A stretch of 64,000 bases of DNA. Source: Macrostomum lignano. Lineage: Eukaryota. The notes below the pieces were generated by a model. It saw only the letters and a list, made by a program, of their open reading frames with translations. It ran no database searches and had not been told where the DNA came from. The stretch is from the NCBI GenBank assembly GCA_002269645.1, contig NIVC01000632.1, positions 62,001-126,000 on the forward strand. The letters run 5' to 3'. Position numbers and translations under genes: made by a program. Below are positions 26,677 through 39,183 of the stretch, one piece after another; position 1 is the first letter of the stretch, and every line of letters begins with the position of its first letter.

Positions 26677-28278
26677 ATGCTTAATACCACTGCTTCCTCT
26701 GCAGAGCTGCTTGAGATCTTCTTCTTTCGCATTGCCTCTGCTGACACTGATGAAGCATTTGAAGCTGCTCTGGACAACTTTCTCGTGTTCATTCTACAGA
26801 ATCTTGACACATCAACTGAACGCATTCGGCGAAAGGTAATAAGTGGGGACCTTAGTATGATTGAGGAATGAACTTCAAATTTAACTTAAAATTCAGAGCT
26901 AGAGGTAGCAATGCCACCTGCAGTATAGGGGTAGAAGTCACCTGAAAGATTGCAGGCAGCGTGCCCTGAAGGATCGGGGGTAGCAGTGGCCTGAAGGATC
27001 GGGGGTAGCAGTGGCCTGAAGGATCGGGGGTAGCAGTGGCCTGAAGGATCGGGGGTAGCAGTGGCCTGAAGGATTGGGGTAGCAGTGGCCTGAAGGATCG
27101 GGGGTAGCAGTGGCCTGAAGAATCGGGGGTAGCAGTGGCCTGAAGAATCGGGGGTAGCAGTGGCCTGAAGGATCGGGGGTAGCAGTGGCCTGAAGCATCG
27201 GGGGTAGCAGTGGCCTGAAGGATCGGGGGTAGCAGTGGCCTGAAGCATCGGGGGTAGCAGTGGCCTGAAGGATCGGGGGTAGCAGTGGCCTGAAGGATCG
27301 GGGGTAGCAGTGGCCTGAAGAATCGGGGGTAGCAGTGGCCTAAAGGATTGGGGGTAGCAGGGGCCTGAAGGATCAGGGGTAGCAGTGGCCAGAAGCATCG
27401 GGGTTAGCAGTGGCCTGAAGGATTGGGGGTAGCAGTGGCCTGAAGGATCAGGGGTAGCCGTGGCCTGAAGGATAGGGGGTATCAGTGGCCTGAAGAATCG
27501 GGGGTAGCAGTGGCCTGAAGGATCGGGGGTAGCAGTGGCCTGAAGGATCGGGGGTAGCAGTGGCCTGAAGGATCGGGGGTAGCAGTGGCCTGAAGGATCG
27601 GGGGTAGCAGTGGCCTGAAGGATCGGGGGTAGCAGTGGCCTGAAGGATCGGGAGTAGCGGTGCCCTCAAGTAGGGGGTAGCGGTGCCCTCAAATAAAGGG
27701 GTGCCCTCCAGTAGGGAGTAGTTTAGGTGTCACGGATGCATTTGTTGACCCATCGCCCTTATCAGATCCTGGAGCTGCTGGTGCACATCAACAAAAGACT
27801 GCGCAGCCGGTCGCAGATCCAGCTGCCAATCGACAGTCTCATCAAGCAGTACGCCAATCCTGACAACAGCTTCTTCATCACAAATTTCTCCATAATCTAC
27901 ATTAAGATGGGCTTTCCGCGCATGCCCAGACCGAAACAGCTGCAGCTGCTGCCGGAGCTGCTGAGCTCCTACAGCGGCAAGCCGCCTGTGCAGAAGGACT
28001 CGTAAGGATTAATTCAACATAAACTGTTTGAATAAAATGTTTTTCATATGAGTCGCAAATGCAAATCACCCGCCCCAGAATCCTGCATCTGTCGCTTTGC
28101 CTGCTGAAAGACGTGAAAATTGACGACTCCAACCGGGCGGCCTATTCAATGACTGACAGGCCGGACGACAGGCGGTACATGCTGCACTTCTTCCAGTGCG
28201 TCCTGCTCATCAGCTACCAGTGAGTAAGGGAGATTTGGGAATGGGCTGACGGGTGGACAGCCAGACACTAACGCTGGC

Positions 28279-28347
<69 letters not shown>

Positions 28348-29474
28348 AACACTATGACAGACAGGTCCAGACACTAAGACACTAAGACAGGTAGGTCCAG
28401 ACAGACAGACACTAAGACAGGCAGGTCCAGACAGACACTAAGACAGGCAGGTCCAGACAGATACTACAAGACAGGCAGGTCCAGACAGACACTAAGACAG
28501 GCAGGTCCAGACAGACACTAAGACAGGCAGGTCCAGACAGATACTACAAGACAGGCAGGTCCAGACAGACACTAAGACAGGCAAGTCCAGACAGACACTA
28601 AGACAGGCAAGTCCAGACAGACACTAAGACAGACAGGTCCAGACAGACACTAAGACAGGCAGGTCCAGACAGGCAACCCGTCCACAACCCACTGAGCTGC
28701 CCTGCGCCCCTCAGCTTCCAGAAGCCGACCGACCCGCCCTCGGCCGCCAGTATCGCAGCAGACGCAGACGCCGGCGGCGCAGCGGCGGCCGGTAGCAGCG
28801 GCGCCGTGTCGCTGGCATGCGACGGTGTCTGCGACCAGGACTTCCGGCGGGTCGCCGGCCAACCGGATTTCCTGCGCAGCCCCGAAGAGCTTGAATCCGC
28901 TAAAATTGGCATTCTCCGGTTCCTTGGCAACAAGATCTACACCTCGGAGGAGATTGTGCTGCACTTCCTCATTGGCAACGCGGACACCCGGCACAGCGTG
29001 GTGTCGGAGGCCGAGACCTGCCTGAAGTTCCTGGCCATGACGGCCAATTGGGAGAATGAAAGTCTGATCAGCCAGCTGTTCGTGCTGCTGCTGGGCAGCG
29101 AGAAGACGGAGGCCAGCAAGCCCAGCCTGTTCCGCCTGCCCGCCTCCGCTCTGGTCCGGCGCCGCCTGCTGCCGTACCTGCTGCGGTCTCGGCTGACAGT
29201 GCCAAACTCCATGATAGCCAGCACTGTGGAGATCGTGTTCGACTGCTTAGACGAGGGCGAGCGCAGCAATAAAAAGTTGATGAGCCTCGGCCTGGATCTG
29301 ATCAATCACGTGGCCCAGTATTCCACTAGCTTGACCGCCAAGCAGGCCAACGATATTCTCAAGCGGCTGATGCTGTTTATCTATAAGAAGTGTCCTGACG
29401 TGAGTGCCACATATCCCTGATTCGATTCTGTGCGCAAACATTCATTTGGGGTCTTGTGCGCGAAAATTGGCTAT

Positions 29475-29548
<74 letters not shown>

Positions 29549-29575
29549 GAGACAGACACAGACAGACAGACAGAC

Positions 29576-29618
<43 letters not shown>

Positions 29619-29623
29619 GAGAC

Positions 29624-29670
<47 letters not shown>

Positions 29671-29701
29671 GAGACAGAGAGACAGACACAGACAGACAGA
29701 C

Positions 29702-29744
<43 letters not shown>

Positions 29745-31009
29745 GAGACAGAGAGACAGACACAGACAGACAGACAGATAGACAGACAGACAGACAGAGA
29801 GACAGACAGACAGACACAGACAGACAGACAGATAGACAGACACAGATAAAAAGACAGACAGACAGATGGGGATTTGCCAGCGAAATATGCATGACTGGCT
29901 GCTCATGGAAACACCCCCCCCCCTACGTTCTCCGCGCAGGACGCCAGCCTGAAGGCCAAGGCGTTCATCGCATTCGGCAACATGGTGCCAAAGAGTCCGG
30001 AGTTCGCGGCCAACGGCCTGGCCCTGCTGCAGGAGCTGTTCCAGTCTCTCTCTGACGAAACTGGAGACGTTAAAATGGCCGTTCGCACCTGCCTGAACGC
30101 CATGGCCCCCATCTTCGTTGGCACCTGGCTGTCCGGCTCGCTGATGGAGGCCCTGCTGTTTGAGAATATCGAGAAAAACGACGCGGCCTGTCGTCAGGTG
30201 GTCATCCACTTTGCTGACGTCATCTATCCGAAGGATCATATACCGTCTCGTTACATCATCCTGCAGGGACTGGGCGACGAGTGAGTTAGAGAGAGAGAGA
30301 AGAGAGGTCACGGCGTGTTTAAAAAATAATTAATTTAGTATCGGCTACCGGTTTCGAGCCTCTGGGCTCTTCGTCAGGCCAAAAATCAGTGTTTCATGCA
30401 GTGCAAGTTGGTCTTTTAAGTATTAGTTTTCTCAGTCTAATAAAATCGCTGAGCTGCTGTACATATGAGGGGTGTACATTTAAACTGGGTTCATTCTAGC
30501 TCTAACTTGTCCCAGAGGCTTTCAACCGGTCAGTTTAAGCGACGGTATATTTAGTATATTAAAAAATTGTTTTTTCGAAGTACGATTAAATAAAATGCGG
30601 TATTGAGGGTGGGAGCATAAAAATCTATATTTGTGCGTACAGTCAAGCAGTTTGAATAAAATACACGACAAAGTGAATAAATATTGTAGTTCTATAGGTA
30701 AAAAGAGCGCATTGGTTAAAACGATTCAGTGGTTTCCTGGCTGGGACTTAAACCTATTGGGAGCCAGGAGGCTCTGTAAATTTCGTTGCCGTGTAAAAGC
30801 GGGCAGTATGCGGGAGCCTGGTTTATTTTGTAGCTTCTCAAAGTTTTTAGCAATCTCGTTGGCAAGCCAGACCGTAGATGGGTGAAAAGGAAGGACCATT
30901 GGGATGGGTCGAAGAAGATGATTGTCAACCCTGATGTTCGTACCTGGCGGTTTGTCTGTCCCCAGTTTTTTAATCCGGATTTCTTCCCTTAGTTCGAGAG
31001 AGAGAGAGA

Positions 31010-31060
<51 letters not shown>

Positions 31061-34000
31061 GCAAGCTGAATAGGCTGCCTGTGTTATCTACTTTCAGTAG
31101 AAGTTTTTCTACTTTCAGTTCAGTAGTAAGGAAGAATTCGTTAGCTATTTTATAAAAAGAATGGCAGTGTTAGGACTGACTGGCAGATTATTAATATTAA
31201 CAACTTGCTATTAGTGCAGACGTACGCTCGTAATGTACATTAGCCAGAGCCACTGAAATGTGCGTACATGTAGGGCAGGGCATATAGGTCGTGGGGGTCA
31301 TTTACCCCCCTAGAATTTTGAATGCTAAGTTGGCGCTAAAATCTAGTACTAACCGCGGCCAACCCTGCTTAACTTGCAGGCGCTAGCGGAAAATCACCAG
31401 AATAAGCCATCCTTATCCCCCATCTCACTCTAGCGACGAGACGGTGAAGAGCGAAGCGCAGAAGGCGTTCGCCTACTGCACGCAGCCCAACGTCATGCGG
31501 GACATTGTCGATGGCCGAATCAAAATGCCGCCATTTGTTGACTTTGTCAATCACGACACACACTACGCCAAAAAGAATCCCTTTGTTGACGTGTGCCGCC
31601 TCATACCTGTTGTTGAGTTCATTCGGCTCTGTCTGCTGGCCGGCAACGACGGTCTGCCCGAGGGCGTCGCCGATCCGCTACAGTACGAGGAGGAGGCCGA
31701 GTTTCACCATAGAATCATGCGCAATGTCCGACACTACATGGCCGAGGAGCCCGGGCCGGATGGCGCCGTGTCCGCTGGGCGTCGTGCTGTTGACACCTAC
31801 TTCCGGCTTATCCAGGTGGTGATTCTCACTCAGCCGGTGACGTCACATTTCACAGCCTATCTGCAAGAAGTTCTGCTGGGCCATACCAGGTGACATTTTT
31901 TACTTTTCGGTCGCCCGTGAGGAAGGGTAGCGGCTCCCACTGAAGCATCCCTGAGGAAGGGTAGCGGCTCCCACTGAAGCATCCCTGAGGAAGGGTAGCG
32001 GCTCCCACTGAAGCATCCCTGAGGAAGGGTAGCGGCTCCCACTGAAGCATCCCTGAGGAAGGGTAGCGGCTCCCACTGAAGCATCCCTGAGGAAGGGTAG
32101 CGGCTCCCACTGAAGCATCCCTGAGGAAGGGTAGCGGGTCCCACTGAAGCATCCCTGAGGAAGGGTAGCGGCTCCCACTGAAGCATCCCTGAGGAAGGGT
32201 AGCGGCTCCCACTGAAGCATCCCTGAGGAAGGGTAGCGGCTCCCACTGAAGCATCCCTGAGGAAGGGTAGCGGCTCCCACTGAAGCATCCCTGAGGAAGG
32301 GTAGCGGCTCCCACTGAAGCATCCCTGAGGAAGGGTAGCGGCTCCCACTGAAGCATCCCTGAGGAAGGGTAGCGGCTCCCACTGAAGCATCCCTGAGGAA
32401 GGGTAGCGGCTCCCACTGAAGCATCCCTGAGGAAGGGTAGCGGCTCCCACTGAAGCATCCCTGAGGAAGGGTAGCGGCTCCCACTGAAGCATCCCTGAGG
32501 AAGGGTAGCGGCTCCCACTGAAGCATCCCTGAGGAAGGGTAGCGGCTCCCACTGAAGCATCCCTGAGGAAGGGTAGCGGCTCCCACTGAAGCATCCCTGA
32601 GGAAGGGTAGCGGCTCCCACTGAAGCATCCCTGAGGAAGGGTAGCGGCTCCCACTGAAGCATCCCTGAGGAAGGGTAGCGGGTCCCACTGAAGCATCCCT
32701 GAGGAAGGGTAGCGGCTCCCACTGAAGCATCCCTGAGGAAGGGTAGCGGGTCCCACTGAAGCATCCCTGAGGAAGGGTAGCGGCTCCCACTGAAGCATCC
32801 CTGAGGAAGGGTAGCGGCTCCCACTGAAGCATCCCTGAGAGAAGGGTAGGGGCTCCCATACAAGAACCTAAAATCTGATTGCGTGTCCTATACCAGAAAT
32901 CGAGCCCATGACCTCCTACTGAAGCCTGACTCCACACTCCCCACCTCCTCGCACCGACAGAGACCTAGTCACCAACTGCAAGCAGGTGTTCGACAAGATT
33001 CGAACCAACGTACTCTACACAAGCCGCGGCGCCGCCTGCCGATCAGAGTGCGCCACCATCCTGGCGCTGGTGTCAGCGGAGACGGAGACCAAGGAGCAGC
33101 TGCACGCCACTCTGGCTGAGTACGCCAGCAAGCTGCGGGCCAAGGAGCCGGACACCAGCCAGGGCGCCCTGCTAGGCCTGTGCCACCTGCTGGACCGGCT
33201 GGCTTATAAAAAGCGGGCCGGCTCGGCTGGCAAAGCCAAGAGCCGCATGACCCTGGCTGGTCACGTGACCGATCTGCTCAAGGAGGCCGAGAAGCGCCTG
33301 CAGTCGCCCGGCAGGCATCCCGCTTGTACGGTGCTATGCAACGGCATTAGCGTCCTTGGCAACGCGGGCTTGCTGGCCCACCTACCGGCCGGCGGCCAGG
33401 CGGAGGACACCTGGCCGAATAAGCAGGCCCTGGTCAAGCGGCTGCTGGCTCTGGTCAAGTCCACGACCACGGATCGGCAGTGCAGGGAGGCCGCCTTGCG
33501 CGCCATCAGCGGTAAGGGTGGCGCTTGAAAGGGCTGTAGGCTACTCTCTTTCGGTAGGTCGCTTCATCCTCTTAAAGTTTTAGCGGTAGGTTTTAGAACC
33601 CTCCGAAATCTACCAAACCATTGTAGGACCCTGTGAGATCTATCAGACCATTGTAGGACCCTGTGGGATCTATCAAACTGAAGCATCCCTGAAGCATTCC
33701 TATTGTAGGACCCTGTGGGATCTATCAAACTGAAGCATCCCTGAAGCATTCCTATTGTAGGACCCTGTGAGATCGATCAAACTATTGTAGGACCCTGTGA
33801 GATCGATCAAACTATTGTAGGACCCTTTAAGATCTATCAAACTATTGTAGGACCCTGTGAGATCGATCAAACTATTGTAGGACCCTGTGAGATCGATCAA
33901 ATCATCGTAGGACCATGCGGAAGTCCATCAGACCATTGTAGGACCATGCGGGATGTAGCGGCCCATCTTAGGACCCTGTGGGATGCAGAGGCCCATCTTA

Positions 34001-37000
34001 GGACCCTGTGGGATGCAGAGGCCCATCTTAGGACCCTGTGGGATGCAGAGGCCCATCTTAGGACCCTGCGGGATGCAGAGGCCCATCTTAGGACCCTGTG
34101 GGATGCAGAGGCCCATCTTAGGACCCTGTGGGATGCAGAGGCCCATCTTAGGACCCTGCGAGATGCAGCGGCCCATCTTAGGACCCTGCGGGATGCAGAG
34201 GCCCATCTTAGGACCCTGTGGGATGCAGAGGCCCATCTTAGGACCCTGTGGGATGCAGCAGCCCATCTTAGGACCCTGTGGGATGCAGAGGCCCATCTTA
34301 GGACCCTGCGGGATGCAGAGGCCAATGCAAGCCGCCGGTCGCCAACCCCGAACGCATTGGCAGGCCTGGCGCACGGCGAGCCGCAGATGCCGCACAGCCG
34401 CCTGGCAGCTGAAGGCCTGGTGGAGCTGTGCAACCAGCGCGACCCGGAGCTGCACCTGTCCATCGCGGAGACTCTCTGCGCGCTGAGCCTCGGCTCCGCC
34501 AGCCCCTATCGTGGTCAGTGGTTCGATCGCGAGTACCCGTTGGAGGTGCCAACTAAATCGTCCGAGCTGTTGCTATGGGCTTGCGATCAGGTGTGCAAGA
34601 CGTGCTCGGAGCCGGCTAACAGGGGGGCTGGACTGGCCTGGTGCTGGGGGCTGCTGCGCCGGCTGGCCAGACACCCGGAGATGCCCCTGGTTCGGCTGCA
34701 CGCTGCCACCGCGCCCTGCCTTACCGACCGGGACGCAGTGAGCCAGGTATGCTGCTTTGCTATGCATATCGGCTGTAAACTAATTCGATAGTTATCATTC
34801 ATTGAGCAGTGCGGGTTGTAACCTAGCGGTTAGAGCGTCGCGACTGAAAGGTCGGGGGTTCGATTCTCGACCCACTCAGAACAATTTGTATCCTTGAGCA
34901 AGACACTTAACTCTGCATTGCTTCAGTTCACCCAGCTGTAAAATGGGTGTCAGCATTAGCTGGGGCAATTGAGGGTGTGTGTGGCGACCCCCTCAGTCCT
35001 TAGACTGAACAGCCGTACTCAGCCTTCAGATGCGCCGCGCAATAGCTGCGGCTGAGCTGTCGGTTGCACATCTGGCCATTAACATCCTATACGTAGCCAT
35101 ATTTAACATTAAAATGCTACTTTTTCTACTGTAAGTAGTTAAACTTCAAACTTATACATTTTATTCTTACGCCAGGAGCTGGCCTGCCGGTGCCTCTGCC
35201 TGGCCAGTGAAGTCCTTGGCGAGGCCGCCACGCCTGACCTGCCCGCCGGCCTGCTCAACGCTAGCACCGGCGCCGCCGCGCCCTACGCCGAGCTCGCCAC
35301 CGCCTGCCGCGCCGCCGGCCTCCGCGCCCTCGCCTATCCACTAATGAGCCTCGCCTGCGCCTCCTCCGACCTCGCCGCGTTCGCCGACATCCGCGGCCTG
35401 GCCGGCCGGCGCGCCCTTCGCCAGCTGCGGCCTCACCTGGACCAGCTGGCGCCCCGTCTCTACCGGCTGCAGTTCGAGCCGCGTCTGCAACCGCAGGCCG
35501 GCGCCGTCTGGCGCGCCATGTCCGGCCTGGAGGCCAGCCTGGCCGACCGTCTGCTGGAGCCGCTGCTGGCCGAGCAGCTCATCGCCGCTGGCAGCGCCGA
35601 CTGGCGGCTCCGCGAGTCCGCCTGCCTGGCCCTGTCCGCCCTGCTCACCCGGCCGTCCGCCGCCACCTCCCAGCAGCTGCCGGCTCTGCTGCCCCGCCTC
35701 GTCTCCTGCCTGCTGCGTCTCATGGACGACTCCCGGGACACTGTCCGAGAGGCGGCCGGCCAGGCTTTCAACGTCTGCTCTCGGCTGGCGGCGCGCGAAC
35801 CCCGGACCTCACTGCCCGGACTGCTGCCGGTGCTGCTTGAGCTGGGCCTCGCCTCCGGCGCCACCGAGGCCCGGACCGCCGCCCTGCGCTGCCTGACCGA
35901 GTTGGCCCGTAGTTCTGAGGCCGCGCTCCGGCCTCATCTGGTGAAGCTTGTCACCGACCTCCTGCAGGCTTTGTCCGGCCTGGAGCCCGCGGCCTTCATC
36001 ACCTTCAGCCAGCGGCTGTCTGGCGCGGCCAGGGAGCAGGTGGACACGGCTAGAATTAGCGCTATGCAGACTACACCAGTGTTTGACCTGCTCAAAGTCT
36101 GCGTGAAACAGGTGGACCAACCGGTGAGTTCTTCTTGAGAATTTTAGATAAGTTTCTGAGTGAGCACTCCCCTAGCTATCTGAGTTAGCACTCTCCTATC
36201 TATCTGAGTGAGCACTCCCCTAGCTATCTGAGTTAGCACTCTCCTATCTATCTGAGTTAGCACTCCCCTAGCTATCTGAGTTAGCACTCTCCTATCTATC
36301 TGAGTTAGCACTCTCCTATCTATCCCAGTGAGCACTCTCCTAGCTATCTGAGTGAGCACTCCCCTACCTATTTGAGTAAGCACTCCTAGCTGTTTGAGTA
36401 AGCACTCCTAGCTGTTTGAGTAAGCACTCCTAGCTATTTGAGTAAGCACTCCTAGCTATCTGAGTGAGCACTCCTAGCTATCTGAGTGAGCACTCTCCTA
36501 GCTATCTGAGTGAGCACTCTCCTAGCTATCTGAGAGAGCACTCTCCTAGCTATCTGAGTGAGCACTCCCCATCAATCTGAGTGAGCACTCTCGTAGCTAT
36601 CTAAGTGAGCACTCCCCTATCTATCTGAGTGAGCACAACTCTACCCTGAAACCGCACCCAACAGACCCTGGACTCGCTGGTGCCGCACCTCACCGAGCTG
36701 ATCCGCAAAGGTGTCGGCCTTGGCACCAAATGCGGCACCGCCCAGCTGCTAGTCAGCATCACCGACCACTGCGGCTCCATCGTGGCCCCCTACACCGGCA
36801 AGCTGCTTGCCGCCCTGCTGTACGGCGTGGCGGACAGAAACCCAGTAGTTCAACGCTGCATGTCCCTGGCCATCGGCCAGCTCATCAGCTACGCCAAGCA
36901 GGCCAGCGTTGAGAAGCTGCTCACCCACGTGCGCGCCTGGTACCTGGAGAAGGAGGACGATTATATGCGCCGCGCCTGCGGCCAGCTGTTCCACGCCTGC

Positions 37001-38529
37001 GCCAGGCACGCCTCCGACATCTTGCGCCGGCACTCTGCCTCTGCTTTGCCGCTCATCTTCCTGGCCGCCGCTGATGTTGTCGACCCCGCCGAGGCCGCCG
37101 CTACTGCTGCCGCGGCCACCGACCCGGCTGAGGCTGAGGCCGCCGCCGCGGCCGCCGAAGACGCCGCGCTGTGGAAGGAGGCCTGGACAGACTGCGCCGG
37201 CTCGGCCACCGCTCTGGCCGACTGCGTGTCCGAGGCGCTGACCCTGTTCGGACAGGCCATTCGCTCTGCCTACTGGCCGCTCAGAGCTCAGGGCGCGGCC
37301 GCCGTCAAGCAGCTGGCCGCTCAGCTGGACCTGGGCGTCGAGCGGACCGCCTGGCTGCTCAACGACCTGCTCATCCCTGCTATGCAGTCCAAGCACCAGC
37401 AGGCCCAGGTCAGGCGGGTCATGTGCGAGGCCGCCGCCACCCTGTGCGTCCGCTGTCCCCAGCTGGCCGAGGCGCCCCGGGCCGCCACTCTGAAGCTGCT
37501 GGTGGCCGCTGCCGAGTCTCAGTCGGCCTGTCTGGCGCCGGCTGCCCAAGTGGTCCGGCTGTGCGGCACCCCTGTGCTGGACCGGCTGTGGGAACAGGTG
37601 GGTCATCATTTCATGCGTGTGTGAGCTTTGGAATTGGCTTTTCTCTGCGCTGAGGATTTGAGTCCCTGTGAACTGGGGATTTGAGTCCCTGTGAACTGGG
37701 GATTTGAGTCCCTAGTGAACTGGAGATTTGAGTCCCCTGTGAACTGGGGATTTGAGTCCCTAGTGAACTGGGGATTTGAGTCCCCTGTGAACTGGGGATT
37801 TGAGTCCCTGTGAACTGGGGATTTGCGTCCCTAGTGAACTGGGGACTTGCGCAATACTTAATTTACCATTACCTGACTGAATTAGGCGTTCTATTCTCAA
37901 TATCAATTCTCAATTCCCAGGTGAAGGCCAACCTGCCCGGCTCCCTGCCCGCTCTCGGCCAGCTTTGGGTGGCCGACCCGGACCAGCAGAACCGCTACCT
38001 GGCCCAGGTGTGCGAGCAGCTAGTTGCGCACGATAAGGACCTGCACGGCTGTCTGCGCACCTGCCGGGAGCTGGTAGAGCGGGACTGCGCCCTGGCCAGT
38101 GGCGGCTCCCCGCCGGAGCCTCTGCTTGCCTGCGCGCAACACCTGCTGACCGCCGTGCGGCACCGCCGGACTCACTTCTACCAGGACGCGCTGCACCTCA
38201 TCACCTGCCTGGTCACCTGTATGAGCCCGTCGGGGGCCAGCAAGCTCAGCGCCGAGTTCCAGGACATGTGCACCGCGCTCATCGACCTGGCCCAGCAGCA
38301 GGCCTCGCCGTCTCTGCAGTCGCACTTCGATCCTCTGCTGCAGGATGGAGGCGTAGCCGCAGCTGCCGCCGCCGCCGCTGCCGCAGCCGCCGCAGCCGCT
38401 GCAGCATCGACAGCAACAAAAACGGCGGGCGCAGAAGGCGAAGGCGAGGGCGAATTCTCCGGCGAGGCGTCGCCAACCGTCAGGCCGCCGTCGCCAATGC
38501 CGGAGGATGAGGCTTCGTCGACTCAATGA
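26677..38529 (+). CDS. ECM29: Proteasome adaptor and scaffold protein ECM29 (HEAT-repeat), complete 11-exon model of about 1813 aa
   Basis: Exons 26677-26835, 27766-28001, 28079-28219, 28715-29399, 29940-30280, 31434-31889, 32961-33511, 34364-34746, 35176-36123, 36665-37597 and 37921-38529. All are GT-AG with consistent phases, totalling 5442 nt. Recognisable ECM29 motifs: [78 protein letters not shown]. Confidence 0.93.
26960..27660. repeat. 25-bp minisatellite (GGATCGGGGGTAGCAGTGGCCTGAA)n, ECM29 intron 1
   Basis: Period 25 (27001 and 27026); about 28 copies. Confidence 0.95.
28278..28670. repeat. (CAGA)n plus derived 26-bp repeat (AGACAGACACTAAGACAGGCAGGTCC)n, ECM29 intron 3
   Basis: Pure CAGA at 28278-28344, then period about 26. 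Confidence 0.93.
29476..29866. repeat. (CAGA)n microsatellite, ECM29 intron 4
   Basis: Direct observation; source of the QTDR / CLSV ORFs. Confidence 0.97.
30330..30930 (-). mobile_element. Penelope-like element relic in ECM29 intron 5
   Basis: The minus frame reads [37 protein letters not shown], resembling the PLE RT-to-GIY-YIG linker (P.V..YHP...P..A.RR..NL..LL). A hammerhead motif lies downstream on the same strand. Confidence 0.6.
30341..30382 (-). ncRNA. Minimal type I hammerhead ribozyme motif
   Basis: Minus strand: UGGC CUGACGA A GAGC-CCAGAG-GCUC GAAA CCGGU A GCCG. Core boxes, stem II, palindromic stem III, GUA cleavage triplet and a GGC/GCC stem I are all present. Confidence 0.7.
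30996..31059. repeat. (GA)n microsatellite
   Basis: Direct observation. Confidence 0.95.
31919..32860. repeat. 34-bp near-perfect minisatellite (GAGGAAGGGTAGCGGCTCCCACTGAAGCATCCCT)n, ECM29 intron 6
   Basis: Period 34 (31921 and 31955); about 27 copies. Confidence 0.97.
33618..34325. repeat. Two related 30-bp minisatellites, ECM29 intron 7
   Basis: (ATTGTAGGACCCTGTGAGATCGATCAAACT)n grades into (GCCCATCTTAGGACCCTGTGGGATGCAGAG)n; both share TAGGACCCTGTG.GAT. Confidence 0.93.
34812..35083 (+). mobile_element. tRNA-derived SINE, family A
   Basis: A box (TAGCGGTTAG) and B box (GGTTCGATTC), followed by CCTTGAGCAAGACACTTAAC..CAGTTCACCCAGCTGTAAAATGG. A second copy is at 57916-58191. Confidence 0.8.
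36152..36636. repeat. 22-24-bp minisatellite (TCTGAGTGAGCACTCCCCTAGCTA)n, ECM29 intron 9
   Basis: Direct observation. Confidence 0.93.
37655..37845. repeat. About 23-24-bp minisatellite (GGGGATTTGAGTCCC(T)AGTGAACT)n, ECM29 intron 10
   Basis: About 8 copies. Confidence 0.92.
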
Positions 38530-39030
38530 TTCTCTATCTGTATCTGTGCAAACTGATGCTTCATCTGTTTATCCCGAATAGCCGGCTTGACCGCGCCGCT
38601 CCGAGTTAGCGATTTGGATTTATTTTATGCCGACTTGAACTGTTCTTGTTGTCTCAATTAGTGCGGTCCAAGAGTTGCTCTCTGTTCGCAGTGCTGCTTG
38701 TTTGGTTAGCAGAGCCTTACTACTGTGAATCATCCGCAACCAAGCGATATGCTTGTTTTTGCTTTTCTATGGCGCTAAATTCTTAAGAAATTAATAAATA
38801 ATAAATCAACCCAGCCAATGCAGGCTTTGTCGAACTGATTGTTGAATTTTTGTTGGCAATGAAGGCTTGCTGAAAAATGAGACAGGTCTGCTTGTTTATT
38901 AGTTAGCTTTTTATTAATTAATGTGTGCCACGGTCTGAGCACTGGCGCTGTCGTGATACAGATCAACTCAGTCTGCATTGCCCGATCGCAAATCTTTCCA
39001 ACAGAACGAGCTGCCGGTTGTCGAGATGTC

Positions 39031-39183
39031 GGCGAGATGAAAGCTGACGACTCAGCCACTGAGGTTGAAATGACAGACAAAATGACAGACATTGCAGCAG
39101 CTGAGGTCTCCATCTCGGTTCATTGAGAGCACCTACCGAACAGCAGTGAATAACTGATGGAACAGCAAATGCTTGAGGTTGCT
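39031..39183 (+). pseudogene. Orphan copy of the DEG/ENaC C-terminus and 3'UTR start
   Basis: GEMKADDSATEVEMTDKMTDIAAAEVSISVH* plus about 55 nt of UTR, near-identical to the reverse complement of about 54058-54210. Confidence 0.85.

Noticed and set aside
26886-27669. Pro-rich repeat ORFs (minus strand)
   Set aside because: Intronic 25-bp minisatellite; open by chance in several frames.
29377-30311. CLSV/QTDR ORFs
   Set aside because: (CAGA)n microsatellite plus the antisense strand of an ECM29 exon.
31850-32937. 313-345-aa repeat ORFs in three minus frames
   Set aside because: The 34-bp repeat lacks stops on that strand and cycles through all frames; no protein family features.
34812-34880. 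tRNA genes (also about 48570-48643, 57916-57985 and 59577-59645)
   Set aside because: A and B boxes are present but no complete cloverleaf; each continues into a shared SINE body, and one has a TSD and tail.
35460-38526. Long antisense and alternative-frame ORFs over ECM29 exons
   Set aside because: Expected shadow ORFs of GC-rich coding sequence.
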